Origin: Chlorokybus atmophyticus
Lineage: Eukaryota > Plantae > Mesostigma and Chlorokybus algae
NCBI GenBank assembly: GCA_009103225.1
Contig: RHPI01002910.1
Coordinates: 124,001-188,000 of the forward strand
Length of the DNA: 64,000 nt
Reading direction: 5' to 3'
Shown here piece after piece: positions 50,084-62,810 of this stretch (the first letter of the stretch is position 1; every line of letters begins with the position of its first letter). The translations under genes were made by a program, and so were the position numbers. The notes beneath the pieces are model-generated. The model searched no databases and had not been told where the DNA came from. It was given only the letters and a program-made list of their open reading frames with translations.

Positions 50084-53000
50084 ATGCAACCCATTGCTTT
50101 AGGGTCAGGCGGCGGTAGCGGTGGCGGCGGCGGCGGCGGTGGCGGTGGCGGTGGGTGCAGGTATGTCCAGGCACTTACTGAGTTGAGAGAAAATTATTGC
50201 TCTTGGTTATTCGTCGGTCTTTTGCCTGTAGATTGCCTCCGGACGTCTCTGTTGTCTTGCAGCATTGTGCATTTTCAGAGTCAGTAGGTGCAGCTTCATT
50301 CACTGTTGTGCACATGGGCATTGTTGCACATGGGCAGTGTTCTTCATTGCCCAATGTGAGCCTTCACACTTGGGTTGAGAGGTTGCACAGACCATTGCCC
50401 AAACTTTAACCTGCATTGATTAACAATACATTTCTTTGTGTTAGATCTGGACAGTGTGTGGTGTTGTTGTTCGTGTTGGGAATGACAATTGTACGCACAA
50501 CGCAACTGTTCGTGCACACGCGCACACCAAAACAAACACGCATGCATGCACGCACGCACGTGCACGTGTGCGAGTGTGTGTGTTTTGTGTGCAGTTTCCG
50601 CACAAAACACACACACTGCTGACACATTTACAAACGTGTTACTACTTTACTGCAATCGGCGGCGTTAACTTGTGAAGGACGACATACGTGCGTGCGCGTG
50701 CGTGTGTGTGGGGGCGCGCGTGTGTGTGTGGTGGTGGTGGGGTGGGGTGGGGTGGGGTGGGGTGAGGGGGCGTATGCGTGTGGACATGTGCGGAGGGATG
50801 TGCGTGTGCGCGTGCGCATACGTGTAAGTCTTCGAATTTTTGCCCNNNNNNNNNNCCCCCCCCCCCCCCCCCCCCCCCCCCAAGCTAGACTGTTTGCAGG
50901 GATGACTGCAACAGTGGACGACGACAACAGCAACGACGATCACATCGTCACCACCACCAACAACAACAAGAACAGCGACAACAGGAACAACAACAAACAA
51001 CACAGCAAGAAGACTGCTGACTATCAGCAGCAGCGCCGCCGGCAGGTAAATAAAGCGGGTCTCTTGTATCAAGCAGCTTTACACCATCTTACAACAGGTC
51101 TGTGAATTGCACAGGTAGTTGTTGGGCCATCTGTATCTTCATCCGATGAAGACGATCGCGCGTCAAAAAAGAGCCTCAACGGTGAGTGCATGGTCAATCA
51201 CATCAAGCATTGAGAGGAGAAGTGTGGTAGACATACCAACCCACAAAAGCAAGCAAGTATTTACAAATCAGGCAGTCAAGCCAGCAGCCAGGCTCATCGG
51301 ATGCTCATCGGCCGGCTCGGCCTCGCCTCCAAATCCAAAGCTAATGCTACAATCACTGCGAAGGACATAAACAAGTCCTCCTTTGCAACCAAGAAAACTC
51401 CTGTATCCCAAGTAATCAAGGACCCAACCACCATCGTGTGCGCGGCGACACACACCCGCGCTCGCACTTGCACGCGCACACGCATATACACCCATGCGCT
51501 CGCACGCACCCACAATATAGCGTGTTTTGTTTCTGCAGAGATTCTATCGCGCAACAGTCTGCATGTCGGACGCGACCTTGCCTCACCCGCACAAGCAGCC
51601 TCCTACACGTGAGAAGGAGAGAGGCGGGAACCACCACACCAATAACAACAAGAAGCAGCATCAGGACCCCAACGCAAGACACAACGACAACGACAACGAG
51701 GACAATGATGATGGCGAAGATGGCGAGGATGATGGTGATGATAGGGATGATGCACGCAACAGCAATGAGATGGTCGTCGAGGCCGAGAGCAAAAGGGGAA
51801 AGGGGCGGGACGGAATAGCGTTGGAGGTTGCGGCGGGAGGGTCAGACTCACGGGTGGGTGCGGGTTTGGAGGGGTGTGTTGTGGCTGTGTGGGGAGTGCG
51901 CACTCATGTGGGAGCGTGCGTGTGTTAGTAGGCGGTGAGGGCGCTGGCAATCGAGGCTGCGAGCGCGAGGGAGGAGCTGAGGCGCAGCGAGAAGCGCCGC
52001 GCCCACTCCACCGCGAGGCATGTTGATGGTGCTAGTGCTGCTGCTGTTGCTGTGTGTCGTGGTCGCATGTTGTGTTCGGCGCATGTGTTGATTATTGTTG
52101 TCTCTCAGGTGTCAAGAGCTGGAGTCCAAGTGTGCGGCGCTGGAGAAGGACGCCAACGAGCTCAAGTACTCCAACACGCAGCTGCGCAAGGAGCTCCAGG
52201 CAACAGGTAAAGCTGGATGCATATTAGACAGCATTTCTTGCAGTAAAGCACGCAGCTCACACGCACACACACACACACAGGTGAGGCGGCGGCCTCTGCT
52301 GCCGCACGCAACCGGTCTGCCTTGGGCGTGCTTCGTTCGGGTCTTGCGGCCGTGGAGGAGACCGTCGCGCGGCGCTCTGCTTTGGGCTTCCAGCACCTAC
52401 AGGCAGTCTTCGCCTCACTCCAGGTACACGCATGGGGAGGGCATTGCTTTTACCAACATGACGGTCTGTACACTTGTGGCTGTTTGACGAGCATTGTCTA
52501 CATCCACACCAGTCCGGTTGCCAAGAGTAGCTTCTCACTGACAGTAAGTGTTTGTGTGTGGGTGCTGGTGTGTATGTGTGCATCCACAGCAACTGCAGGG
52601 TCTTCTGCTCTCCCCCGCCGTGTCCCTGAGCGTCCCCGCCGCCAGCGCGCAGGCCCGCAGCGTGCTCTCCGAGTCCTTCTCCCGCCTCTCAGCCCTCAGC
52701 AAGTACACACGCACACAAGCACAACCCCCTCCCAACCCTTCCCCAACACACGCACACACGAACCAACATACCACCTCTCCTCACGCAGCGCGCTCGGAGG
52801 CCAGCCAGACACCGTGCGCGGGGACCCGCCCGCCCTGCTGACGGCATCCGGGAGGAACAACAACAACAACAAGGACGGAGTGGGTGTGGAGGGTGGGCGT
52901 GATGGTCATGGTTATGGGGAGGTGGGCAGTGTGGCAGAGAGGAAGCTCGCTGAGATGGAGAGGGAGAAAGGGAGGCTGTCGACACAGCTGGCGGAAGCGC

Positions 53001-54414
53001 AAGCTGAGGTATGTCGTGTATGTAGCTATGCTTTTACACGCTGTGATCGTAAAGCTTCACCAGATGCATCAAGTCCTCTTCTGAGTGTGAAAGCGTCTTT
53101 CCTTCTGCTTTGTGTCTCTTGGCTGTCCCCCAGTTGGCGCGGATGCGGGAGGGTGGTGCGGGCAACAACACTACGGCATCATCGGAGGCTGCGGCGGCGG
53201 CTTCTCAGCTTCTTCCTCAGTACCGCGCGGCGCTGGTGCGTTCCCGCGCGCAGTGCGCGGCGATGCGTGAGCGGCTGGCGGAGGCGGAGCGGGCGCGACG
53301 AGCCGCGAGACAGGAGATGGAGATGATGCAGAGACTGATACGACAACGGTGAGAGGGGGCGTGTGTGGGTGGGGGTGGGGGTGCGTGCTAGCGTGTGCAA
53401 GGACACACACGCCTACGCGCACACGTATGCATGCTCACACACACACGCGCACGCTCATGCGCGCGCGCGTGTGGCGCACGCATGCATCTTCAGGCCTGCG
53501 CGTGTGATGGTGCGTATGTTGGGGCAGGGTTGTGCTTGTTCAAGTGTGACGCTGCTGTAACCCATGCAGTGAGTTGGAGAAAGTAGCGGAAGTGTCCGAG
53601 GTGGCCAAGCGGGCCGCCACCGAACAGCAGCACCAATACAGCCAAGACCTCCAAGTAAGAGAGGGCCCAGCAACAAAGAAACATTTCCAATGTTGCACTG
53701 CATCACTCTCACGCACAACGTGTTATGGTGGGCCTCAGGTGCTCAGGCAGAAGCTGATGCATGGCGACGAGGCGTACCGCAGGTTGAAGCTGGACCATCA
53801 AGCTCTCCAGGTGTGCATCATTACAACTCGATTGCTGCATCAGATGTAGGTGTGCATCATCACATTGTGTGGAAATGTACGTACAGGTTCATGCGGCGGA
53901 GCTTGAGGAGAACGTGGAGCAGCTGCGCGCGACGGTATCGGAGCTGCAGGTTACTGTATCTGAGCAGCGCGCGGATATCCGCGCTGCGCTTGAGATGGTG
54001 ATGTCGCGCCGGACACGCAGTGGGGGAGGAGGAGGCGTGGCGGGACCCAACATATCGCGCATGATGGCGGACATACTCTCTAGCCACATATCACCCTTTC
54101 CACCACGCGACGCGTCGCACGCAATGCCAACAGTAGCCGCCACAATGGACGACTTCCTGTTACATGACGACTACAATGGGGGTATACCCTTACACGATGA
54201 CTTTCTGTTGGGATCGGATCTCAACTCTCTCCCGTTGAGAGAGCCGAGTAGCGTCACGCCCGCAGCGCAGTTTCAACAAGTTAATCAGAACTCGGGGCCT
54301 GTTGTGTTGGACACGCTGCAGCGAGACATTGCTGCGCTGGACGCGGACATCAGTCATCTGCAAGCTAGCTTAGAGTCTACTGCTGCTAACACCCATGCGA
54401 TGCGCGTCGATTGA
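50084..54414 (+). CDS. large low-complexity / coiled-coil protein of unknown function (5' exons uncertain)
   Basis: Chain of GT-AG-bounded exons with N/D/Q-rich tracts and heptad segments (CQELESKCAALEKDANELKYSNTQLRKEL; LAEMEREKGRLSTQLAEAQAE; LEENVEQLRATVSELQ; LQRDIAALDADISHLQASLE). Stop TGA at 54412-54414. A gap lies inside intron sequence. Confidence 0.6.
50846..50855. other. assembly gap (10 N) next to a C homopolymer
   Basis: N run followed by about 25 C. Confidence 0.98.
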
Positions 54415-55278
54415 CAGGGTGTGTGAATGTGTTGTGTGGTCGTCTTGGCTGCGAGACTCGCATGTCCACGCCCACCGTAACTAATACTTTTCATACATAT
54501 CCATCATGGTCAGGCAGTCGCCTGCAATAAGGACTGCTGTCATGGTTGGTTGTGATCGGGGCGCTTAGTAACGTGCATGTGAGTGTTGACGACCGCAAGA
54601 CTCAGCTGCTGTGACAACAAGGCCTCTATTGCAGCCAGGGAATGGCCCTTAGGTAAAGCAAAATGCAATGCTTACACCAGTAGTGTGCAGTGCAAGGCAA
54701 AGCACACTTGCGGGCGATGAGGCTGTGCTTTGTGTATATATTGAAGTGTTGTTGGACAAAAGACCAGCAGCTGGCATTGAGTCAACTGGCTTCATGTCAG
54801 CAGCAGTTGCTTGCCACGCCCACACACAGTTCCGCGTCGTGCTTACACAGTGAGTGATGCGGTGTCACTCATGTGTGCGGCATGTGATATAACCTTGGCC
54901 AATGCAGCACACAGATTTCCTGCAGTCCTGAACTCAATCAGAACAAATGAATGGCCCTGGGTAAAATGTAACTTGATACCGTCTCACAGAGTTCTCGTCT
55001 CTATTGGACTTGACGCATTTAACTGCAGACCATACAAAAAGAGGGGAGTAGCAGCACGCGACAACATGCACTTGTGCTGCACAAGTACCATATCAATAGT
55101 ACGCGTAGCCCTGCATGAGGCATGTCTATCCTTATTGTAGTGTAGACACTTAGTACCTACTCAGTACAACCGCATCTCTCCTCCGCAACGGCAAATATGT
55201 ACAGAGCCTGCCAAGGCAGACAACAATAGCTTCTAACTCTAATCACACACAGCATCGCCACCAGCACTACCCACTGTA

Positions 55279-57143
55279 CTAGTGCTTTGGTCGTCGCTTT
55301 CCAGAGTGCATCGCGGGGCGTGCTTGCGTGTTAGCTTTGCGCAATCTGTGCAGCGACTTCTGCAGTGCAAGGCGCTGGACGCTACGAGGGTGCATGAATG
55401 CGAGCAAGACCCCAAGCGACTGGTGCCAGATGGACGCCATGCGAAGCGCGATGGGCTGTGTTCGTCTGCTCGTGGCCACGAGCGAGGCAATCCCACGCAG
55501 GCTTCCCCAGTGCTCCAGAAAGTTTAGCCAATGTTGCTTGGCATTGTACTGCACAGTGACAGCAGCATCGGACAAGCGCGGGTGCGCAAGGAACAGCTCC
55601 TCATCGCATAGATAGATGGCCTCCAACACGTCAACCATGTGCTGGCGAAATATGGCGTGCCGTATGCTAGCGCCAGCCTCAAGCACTCCTTGCACAATGC
55701 TTCTTCTACCGCTAGTCGTTGGCTGCTCATGTGGCTGCGAAGGTATGTACTGCAGGCTGCCATGGGTGCTCGTGCAAGCAATCATTTCACAGGAAGTGTC
55801 GCCTTTGCAAAACGACATAAGCCACTGCTCCCAACTTGGTCCCTCCCCTGCACAGTACAGAGTTAACGTATCAATCAGACAAGTGCTACGAATGCCAGTG
55901 CACATTGCTAGGATTCAAATGCACTCAGATTGGACTCTCAGGTACCTGCAGGGCTCCCGCTGACAAACACTTGAAGGCACAGCTCAGGCTCACCATTCGC
56001 GTTCTCCACCCACTCAGCGAGCACCACATCTTTCATAAGGCGAGCATACCACGAGCTCGGTGCATGATGCTCTGGTCCTACTGTGACCTTCAGGGTGCCC
56101 GAAAAGTCATCATGTGTAACAGTGTATCTGCAAGTTAAGAGTACCAAATTTAATTTACAAACTTAAGCACATGCTAATGTAAACGCCACACTGATCAACC
56201 ACTTCTCCATGTTACCTGCGCGTCCTGGACAGAGGGCATGCTGTGTAATCAGCTTCACTGGAGAAGCCCCTCATTTTCACACGCACAAGGTGGCCTTCAC
56301 TGGTCACAAGTGGTACACGGCAGCTGCTGCGGAGGGGACCCTCCACCTCAGTCTGTTCTGTCACCGCCGTCGATGCAATAAGCACTGCCTCATCGGCAAT
56401 CGGCTCTGGCAAGGGCTCTAACAAGGGCTCTAGTGGCTCTGCCAGCGTGCCTGAAATAGCTAGGGAGTCATCTACGATAGAGGTGACGTCTATAACAGAC
56501 ATTGTGGTGGCATCTGGCGTTGGCTCCAACACACATAGTGGCTTCCGGTCCATCGCTAGAGTAGCTGCTGCAGGCTGCAAAATCGAAGTCAATTGTTATG
56601 AGCCATAAAACTTTGCAGCCAGTGTGCTGCTATGTGTGCTAACAAACTTACAAACTACGCAATATGGCGCTCGACTGTGATGCAATATTTCTCACATGCA
56701 CACACGGGCATGCGCACCAGTGTGTCAACAATGGCAGCGCAGTAGTTACTGCACGATCATCTACACAATGTTCACTCTGCATGCAATAACCGAAAGCTGT
56801 GTAACACATGAGTCAGGGCCAATGCTGCTCTGTTAGAGCCAGAAATAACCAATGCTGATTGCGAGTTGCATATGCTCTGCCTTCATATGCCATTGCACAC
56901 ACACATACAATCGCACATTAGACCTACTTGTGGGGTGCGTGCTGGGCGAGGGCGATTTTTGCGAGACCTGCCTCGACTTCCAACCCTCACTGCTGTCGCA
57001 TGCCCAGGCGCGGCTTGACAAGGCTTGGTCCCAGACAGAACCCGTGGCCTTCGGCGCTGCATGCGACATGGGCTCCCACTGCTGTGCGTCACTTGCGGGC
57101 TTCGCCACAGTGCCACATGGCAACTGGTGGGCGTGCCAACCAT
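55279..57143 (-). CDS. SGR: STAY-GREEN (Mg-dechelatase) family protein with long N-terminal extension
   Basis: R/S-rich transit-like first exon; YTVTHDDFSG.L...WYARLMKDVVLAEW (compare SGR YTLTHSD...RDEVVAEW); IRHAIFRQHMVDVLEAIYLCDEELFLAHPRLSDAAVTVQYNA...EHWGSL. Confidence 0.88.
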
Positions 57144-58648
57144 CTCCAACCTGTGAGACTGCCCTCACTTGACCGCAGCGTCACCACTGCTACATGTCAC
57201 TGCGCAGCTTGCGCCACTGGGAGTGTCACGCCAACCATCGTTCTGTTATTCTGCAGCACGCACTCTGACATTCAGCACAAAAACGCAATCAGCCGCTGCC
57301 GGCAATGTAGGGCACTTCTTCATAACTGACCACAGCATGCAACTGTGCAGTGACGAAAGCCCAACGCAGGCAGCAACTATGATGAGAAGCTACATACACA
57401 ATGCAAGAGCGAGGTAGAGGAACGCCAGCAAGGGCATGCGCATAATTGAATGGGCCTTGCAATGATGGTGAAATCAACAAGCGAGAACGCAACCATGACT
57501 GCTGCAGGTGCAACACTGCAGGCAGGCCAGCAGTGAGATCGGTACACACCATGCACCCAACGAAGCGGTAGATGCACCGGATCCCTCCACCTGAGCGCCT
57601 ACCAGCCCTATGTCAGGCCAGGCCAGCGATCTCGCCTGCCGCCGCCGCCGGCCGACCACCAGTCTGCAATCAGCTGGCCATCGCCGCAGCAGCAACCCTG
57701 CGCTTATCCGCTGCCTGCTCGCCCCTGGCCAGCAATAGCTCCTGCTAGGCCGCAATCTTCTCTCCACGTCCTGCTCCCCGTCCACCACCGCCGCCGCCCT
57801 GCTAGCGCCCTTCGCGGTCGCGCCACGTGGCACCAGCCACCGTCTAACCCTAATGCTCAGCGGGTTGCATTGACGTGCGAAGGTGGTTTGAGGAGACGCG
57901 CGCTGCGGGTTGCGGCAACTTGCGGGGCAGCTACCGCGGGCGGGCAGCGCTCTAAATTGGGGGTTTGAAACTCTCAATTTATCTGCCCCCAACCAGTGAA
58001 ATGCGATTGGCTGTGGGCAATGAGTGGGCAGGCGACGTGGACTCAACGACGCCTCGCTATCACCGTATGAAATTCTACCGTGAACAAATTCATTCATTCA
58101 TTCGTTCATTCCTAGCAGTGTTAACGGTGCTTCCTCCGGGCCCTTGGCGAAAGGTGCAAGCTCATTGGTGCATCTGGCGAATGCTGGCGAAACTTGGTGA
58201 AGCCTGCCAGAAGCTGTGTATGTAGCAGCAGTAGCATTTGCACTTGATTAGCTAAGTAACTTACGTGTATGGAACCACGCCGTGATGTGTAATTATGCCA
58301 ACTTAGCCACTTCTACTCATTACTGCATTACATGCATCCAATCCTCATATAACTTGCCATTCGTGCGCGCATGCGCATGCGCACGAGTGCCATATCACAT
58401 GTCGGTTTTTGTAAGTCATGTGTCCAGTATTGATATGATATGTGCATGATAAATATACATACAGGCTGCCACAGCAAGTACAGCATGAGGAAGGAAATGT
58501 CACTAAACTACATCAACCTACTGTTGCTGGTTGGCGGGTTACGTGCTTGGTACAAACCAAGCTCTACCTAACTGGCTATGCATGTACTGTTCATAAGTGA
58601 CATGCCTAGCTGCAGCACGCAACTTGGGGGGGGGGGGGGGGGGGGGGG

Positions 58649-58799
58649 NNNNNNNNNNNNNNNNNNNNNNNNNNNNNNNNNNNNNNNNNNNNNNNNNNNN
58701 NNNNNNNNNNNNNNNNNNNNNNNNNNNNNNNNNNNNNNNNNNNNNNNNNNNNNNNNNNNNNNNNNNNNNNNNNNNNNNNNNNNNNNNNNNNNNNNNNNN
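58649..58799. other. assembly gap (151 N) flanked by G homopolymers, inside the hAT element
   Basis: N run. Confidence 0.98.
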
Positions 58800-61700
58800 G
58801 GGGAGGGGGGGCAGAGACGTGTGTGGATGCGGTGCTCTGCTGACTAGGCATGTGATGTTGGGAGCGCAAGTCCATGGCAGACGCGGGGACAGGCATGGGT
58901 GCAAAGCTTTGCTGGCTGCCCATGAAATAGGCCTGCAGCTGAGAGTGGACAAACGTGTGAGCACGCATGTGCTTATTAAGCATCTGCTGAAAGTTGGTGT
59001 CGCTGAATGGGCCCAAGCCAAGGGTAGAAGGTGCAGGCTGAGTGAGCACATGAATGTAGGAGGGTAAGAGCATGGGGTGGTCCAAGTTGAAGCCCGTCAG
59101 CACCTGGTCAACGTTAGCCTCGGGTGCGTGGGTGTAGTCATCATCACAAGCAACATTGTAAATACTGTCAATGGCAGCATCCAACTCATCAGGCTCAACA
59201 TCTTGAGGTGGCTCCTCTGTCAGCATGGCATTGGCCTCCCAACCGGTGTTGTCGTCATGCTCATCAAGCGACTCTTGTTGTGACCTGCAAAGTGCATGGA
59301 TTCATTGCTTGCACATGCAGCATAACTACCTGCCAGATTTGAATCTCAATGTCATGTAGCATATTGTCTATGTTACTCACAGCAAGCTCAAGGTATTTAC
59401 CACGTTGGCGGAGGAGTGTAAGCCAACTTGATAGCCGTCATCATGCTCACAGTGGTACAACTCATGCGGTTGCGGCGTTTAGAGTGAAACAACCCATCAA
59501 GGAAAATGTCCCCTCCGGGGCAACTGCGTGTGGCACAATGTCAAGGAGCAGCACTGCAAGGTTGACTAGCTCTTTCGTGCTTGCTTGGCAGATACTTAGC
59601 CACCACGCTCTGACATTGAACTCTTCTCCCCCTACTGGTGCGTTGAAAGGGGGTAGAGAGCTCTTGTACATCTGCATCTGCTTGAGCAAGCCGTGAACTT
59701 CACTCATGCCGTGCCCTCTCTTTTTGTGCAGCGGTCAAGCCTGCACGGTGTGCATTGCCGCGCTTAAGAACTTACTGTAAACAACAACAACACACAGCAC
59801 CATGCAGCACAACACAGCCACACATGATGTGACTTTGCACAAGTGAACTCACCTCTTGCACAAGTAGCTGCCATTTCACAGGGTCTTCAGCAGCATGCTT
59901 GTAGCGGGGGTCAAGGAAGAGGGCTAACCTTGCCAGAGTTGTATCTAGCTCCTTCACCCTCGTGTTGAATAAATGCACCACATGATGGCGCATGTCTGCA
60001 TGTGCTGACTGCGTGAGCATGTTGTGTTCGTACTCAAGACAAAACTGCAAGCAACAATCAAAGCACCTGCAGGGAGGTTGATCTCTTTGATAGCTCTGGC
60101 GAGGTAGAGCCAGTACCGGGTTATATCAGCCAGTGTGGCATCAGCTGCTTGCACAGCCATGATGACTTTGCTGAATGGCTGCAGCAGCTCACACAATGAC
60201 GCCAAGCCTTCCCAGAAGGAGTGGTCGTCAATGATGGCAACAACTGTATTGTTCCTCATGGCATCACGGTGTTGCCTGTGCACCAACCTCAAGGGGCCCT
60301 CCAGATGTTGCACAGACTCCAAGCACCTTCGACAAGCGGAACCAACTCAATGACAGAGCATGCATCGCAATAACCAGCTTGTACATGCATATGTTGATTT
60401 GCCACTCTCTCACCGTGAGAGGTGTGACACCTATGCACGGAAGTGAAGCGGGTCTTGTTAGAACTGTACAGTGTGGTGTTTATCCCATGTGCTTTGGCAG
60501 CGTTTTTCAGCAGAGCCAGAGGCCTATGTGATGTGCGGAAGTATGTCACAATTATTGGGCACTTACAATGATGTTCTTGGCCCATGAGTAGTCCACCACT
60601 GAGCCCATTGCAAGAAAAAAGCCATGTATGTAGCACCTGTGCAACAACATGTGCTGTTAAGCATATGCACAACCATCACTTCCGCACGTTAACTGACAGT
60701 AACTTACCGCAATTCAATGATGTGCGTATAGTCCTCTTTGCTGACCAGCAACTTCCTAGCTGCTTTTATGTTGGCGGCATTAGCAGTGGCCAGAGCTGCC
60801 ACCTTTGTTGCCCCAAGGCAATCAATGCACTCACAAAATACCTCTGCAATTGAGCACATGTATGAGCACATGCGCCTTCATGTGCTGCTATGCTACAAGC
60901 ACAAGCATGCACAATGATTGATGGCCCTCACCTGCTAGATACGGGGCTGTATGTTTGTCCTCGCTAAGCTCTAAGGTTGCAGCAAGTGTGCCACACGGTC
61001 AGTGGTAATCACCATACAACCATACACCAACTGGTTGTTGACGTTCGTTAAACCGTTAAAAGTGATGGTGGCGTTTGTCTCCCCCTTCATACGCTATGTG
61101 AACTGATGCTGCACTATTGCATGCTGGTCGACCAACAACCTAGTTTGCAACTTGATTGCACCTGTCGAAGCAAGCATGCATAGCTAAGCACGAGCGTTCA
61201 GGCACACATGTACACGCTCACATACATGCACATACATGCACATTGGCACGCACACACATGCAATTTTTTCATATATACACTGTTGCGCACAATTAGATTT
61301 ACCAAGAGGTGTATATAAAGGGCGCAACGTCTGCACCAGACAAGTGAAGTACTTGCTGTTAGCAACGTGGTATGGTATGCCGCACATGACAAAAAACATC
61401 AACATCTTGGCATCCAGCTCATCACACAGTCCTTTGCCAAGTGAGCCACTCTCAGAATGGGCAATAAGGGAAGATTGCTCAACTCAACGCTTGCGCCTCC
61501 CACCACTACATCTGCCGACTGTGAGGCAGCCCTGCCACGCTTGGCAACTAACGCCCCAATGTTGCACTTCGCACAGGCTGAGTTACCAACCTGCACTCTT
61601 TTGTAGTGTGCCTCTCCATCGCCTCCACACGTGCATCCTTGTACTGCTTGCCGCAGTAATTGCACTTATCTCCAGGGCGCCTGTTTCTGTTGCCCATGCC

Positions 61701-61852
61701 CTCCATCTCAGTGAAGTGCCATATCATGGACTTGGGCGCACCACCAGGATTTTATAGGCTGGGGTCAAGGCGCTGTCTTTCTGCTGCAACGTGGACTCCT
61801 CCTCCTCCTCTTGGTTGTCCTCAGACAAGCTGATGGCAGCGTGCGTCGCCAT
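58800..61852 (-). pseudogene. decayed, intron-containing hAT transposase (BED finger, DDE core, dimerisation domain)
   Basis: BED finger (PKSMIWHF...CNYC...HTTKEC), FFVMCGIPYHVANSKYF, TFNGLTN (for DGWTN), ATANAAN (for TDNAAN), NKTRFTSVHR|CLES, LALFLDPRY, WW...LAVLLLDIVPHAVAPEGTFSLMG. Several 1-nt frameshifts (about 61750, 60985, 60555, 59490). Confidence 0.88.
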
Positions 61853-62165
61853 GGCCGAACGCCGCCGCCGCCGGCGGCTAGCAACTGCCTCACAGGGCGG
61901 GCGGGAAGGGCGCGACACTTAGTCGAGTTCGGCGGGAACAATGGGGTTTCGCCAATGGCGACGGACAGACACCCTTGGTGCAACTTGGCGAGAGTGACAG
62001 CGAAACACGCATTGGCGAAACTCCGAAGAAGCACCGTTAACACTGATTCCTAGTAGTGCATGCGATAGCGGGAATGCATGCACCGGTGTGCTGCGTGATG
62101 GTGCCATCGTCTTGATGCATCCCCCCCCCCCNAGAGAATGGTTGCACAACAAGCCATGCATTCAC

Positions 62166-62810
62166 CTTCATGTAAGCGGCTTCGGTCTCACGTATCGTCC
62201 GATCGCACTCGTCGCGTCCTGTTCAAGTTCGTACGGTTCACACAGTGAGTCAGTCAGTGTTGCGAGAGGATTTGATTGGCGCTATGCACAGCAGTCCTCA
62301 AAAGAGGATGGTGGCTACTGCAGGCGTCCGGTCAAGCAACCATTGCAGGCACGTGCGCACGCATGTGCGTGCATGTCTGGTGTGCGCATGAGTGTCACCT
62401 CCCGGTGCACAACCATCTCGATCACATGCGCGCGCTTGCGTGCGTGCGTGCGTGCATGCGTGTCATCTCCCGAGAACAGTGAAATGTGTTGCTGACCTGC
62501 GGTGTGTCGGGCCAGACTCTCCTCGATCTGGTGCAGTCTCTTTGTCAGCACGGCGATGTCGTTCTGGATGCGGGCGCGCTCCTCCTCCTCCTTATGCACC
62601 TGCACATGACGTCCAGCATACCCTTTTCCGTGAGTTGATTGAACTAACCACACCGCTCCCACAATATACCCAACTAGTAAGCGGCGTTGTCAAGTTACAC
62701 AATCAAGTTGCCGTTGAAACACACAGTGTGCTGCAACTTCACTCAGTGTTGAAAGCACTTTCATACCTGTTTGGTCAGCTCTTCTCTCCTCTCTTTCAGC
62801 TCCTCAATGC
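62166..62810 (-). CDS. SSNA1: SSNA1/NA14/DIP13 microtubule/centriole coiled-coil protein, internal exons only
   Basis: Exons 62810-62767, 62599-62497 and 62218-62166 splice in frame to (C)IEELKERREELTKQ|VHKEEEERARIQNDIAVLTKRLHQIEESLARHTA|GRDECDRTIRETEAAYMK. This matches DIP13 CIEDLREKREE...LTKRLAQVNESIARK...ETEAAYLK. The first and last exons were not found. Confidence 0.85.

Larger units (their letters stand above)
58116..62045 (-). mobile_element. full-length hAT DNA transposon with 18-bp TIRs and 8-bp TSD
   Basis: TIR CAGTGTTAACGGTGCTTC at 58116-58133 with its exact reverse complement at 62028-62045. Identical TSD ATTCCTAG at 58108-58115 and 62046-62053. Subterminal TGGCGA repeats at both ends. 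Confidence 0.95.

Noticed and set aside
41773-62810. Apparent functional clustering (pigment genes D27 and SGR; centriole genes CEP97 and SSNA1)
   Set aside because: The genes are interleaved with unrelated ones and span unrelated pathways; no shared regulatory structure is visible.
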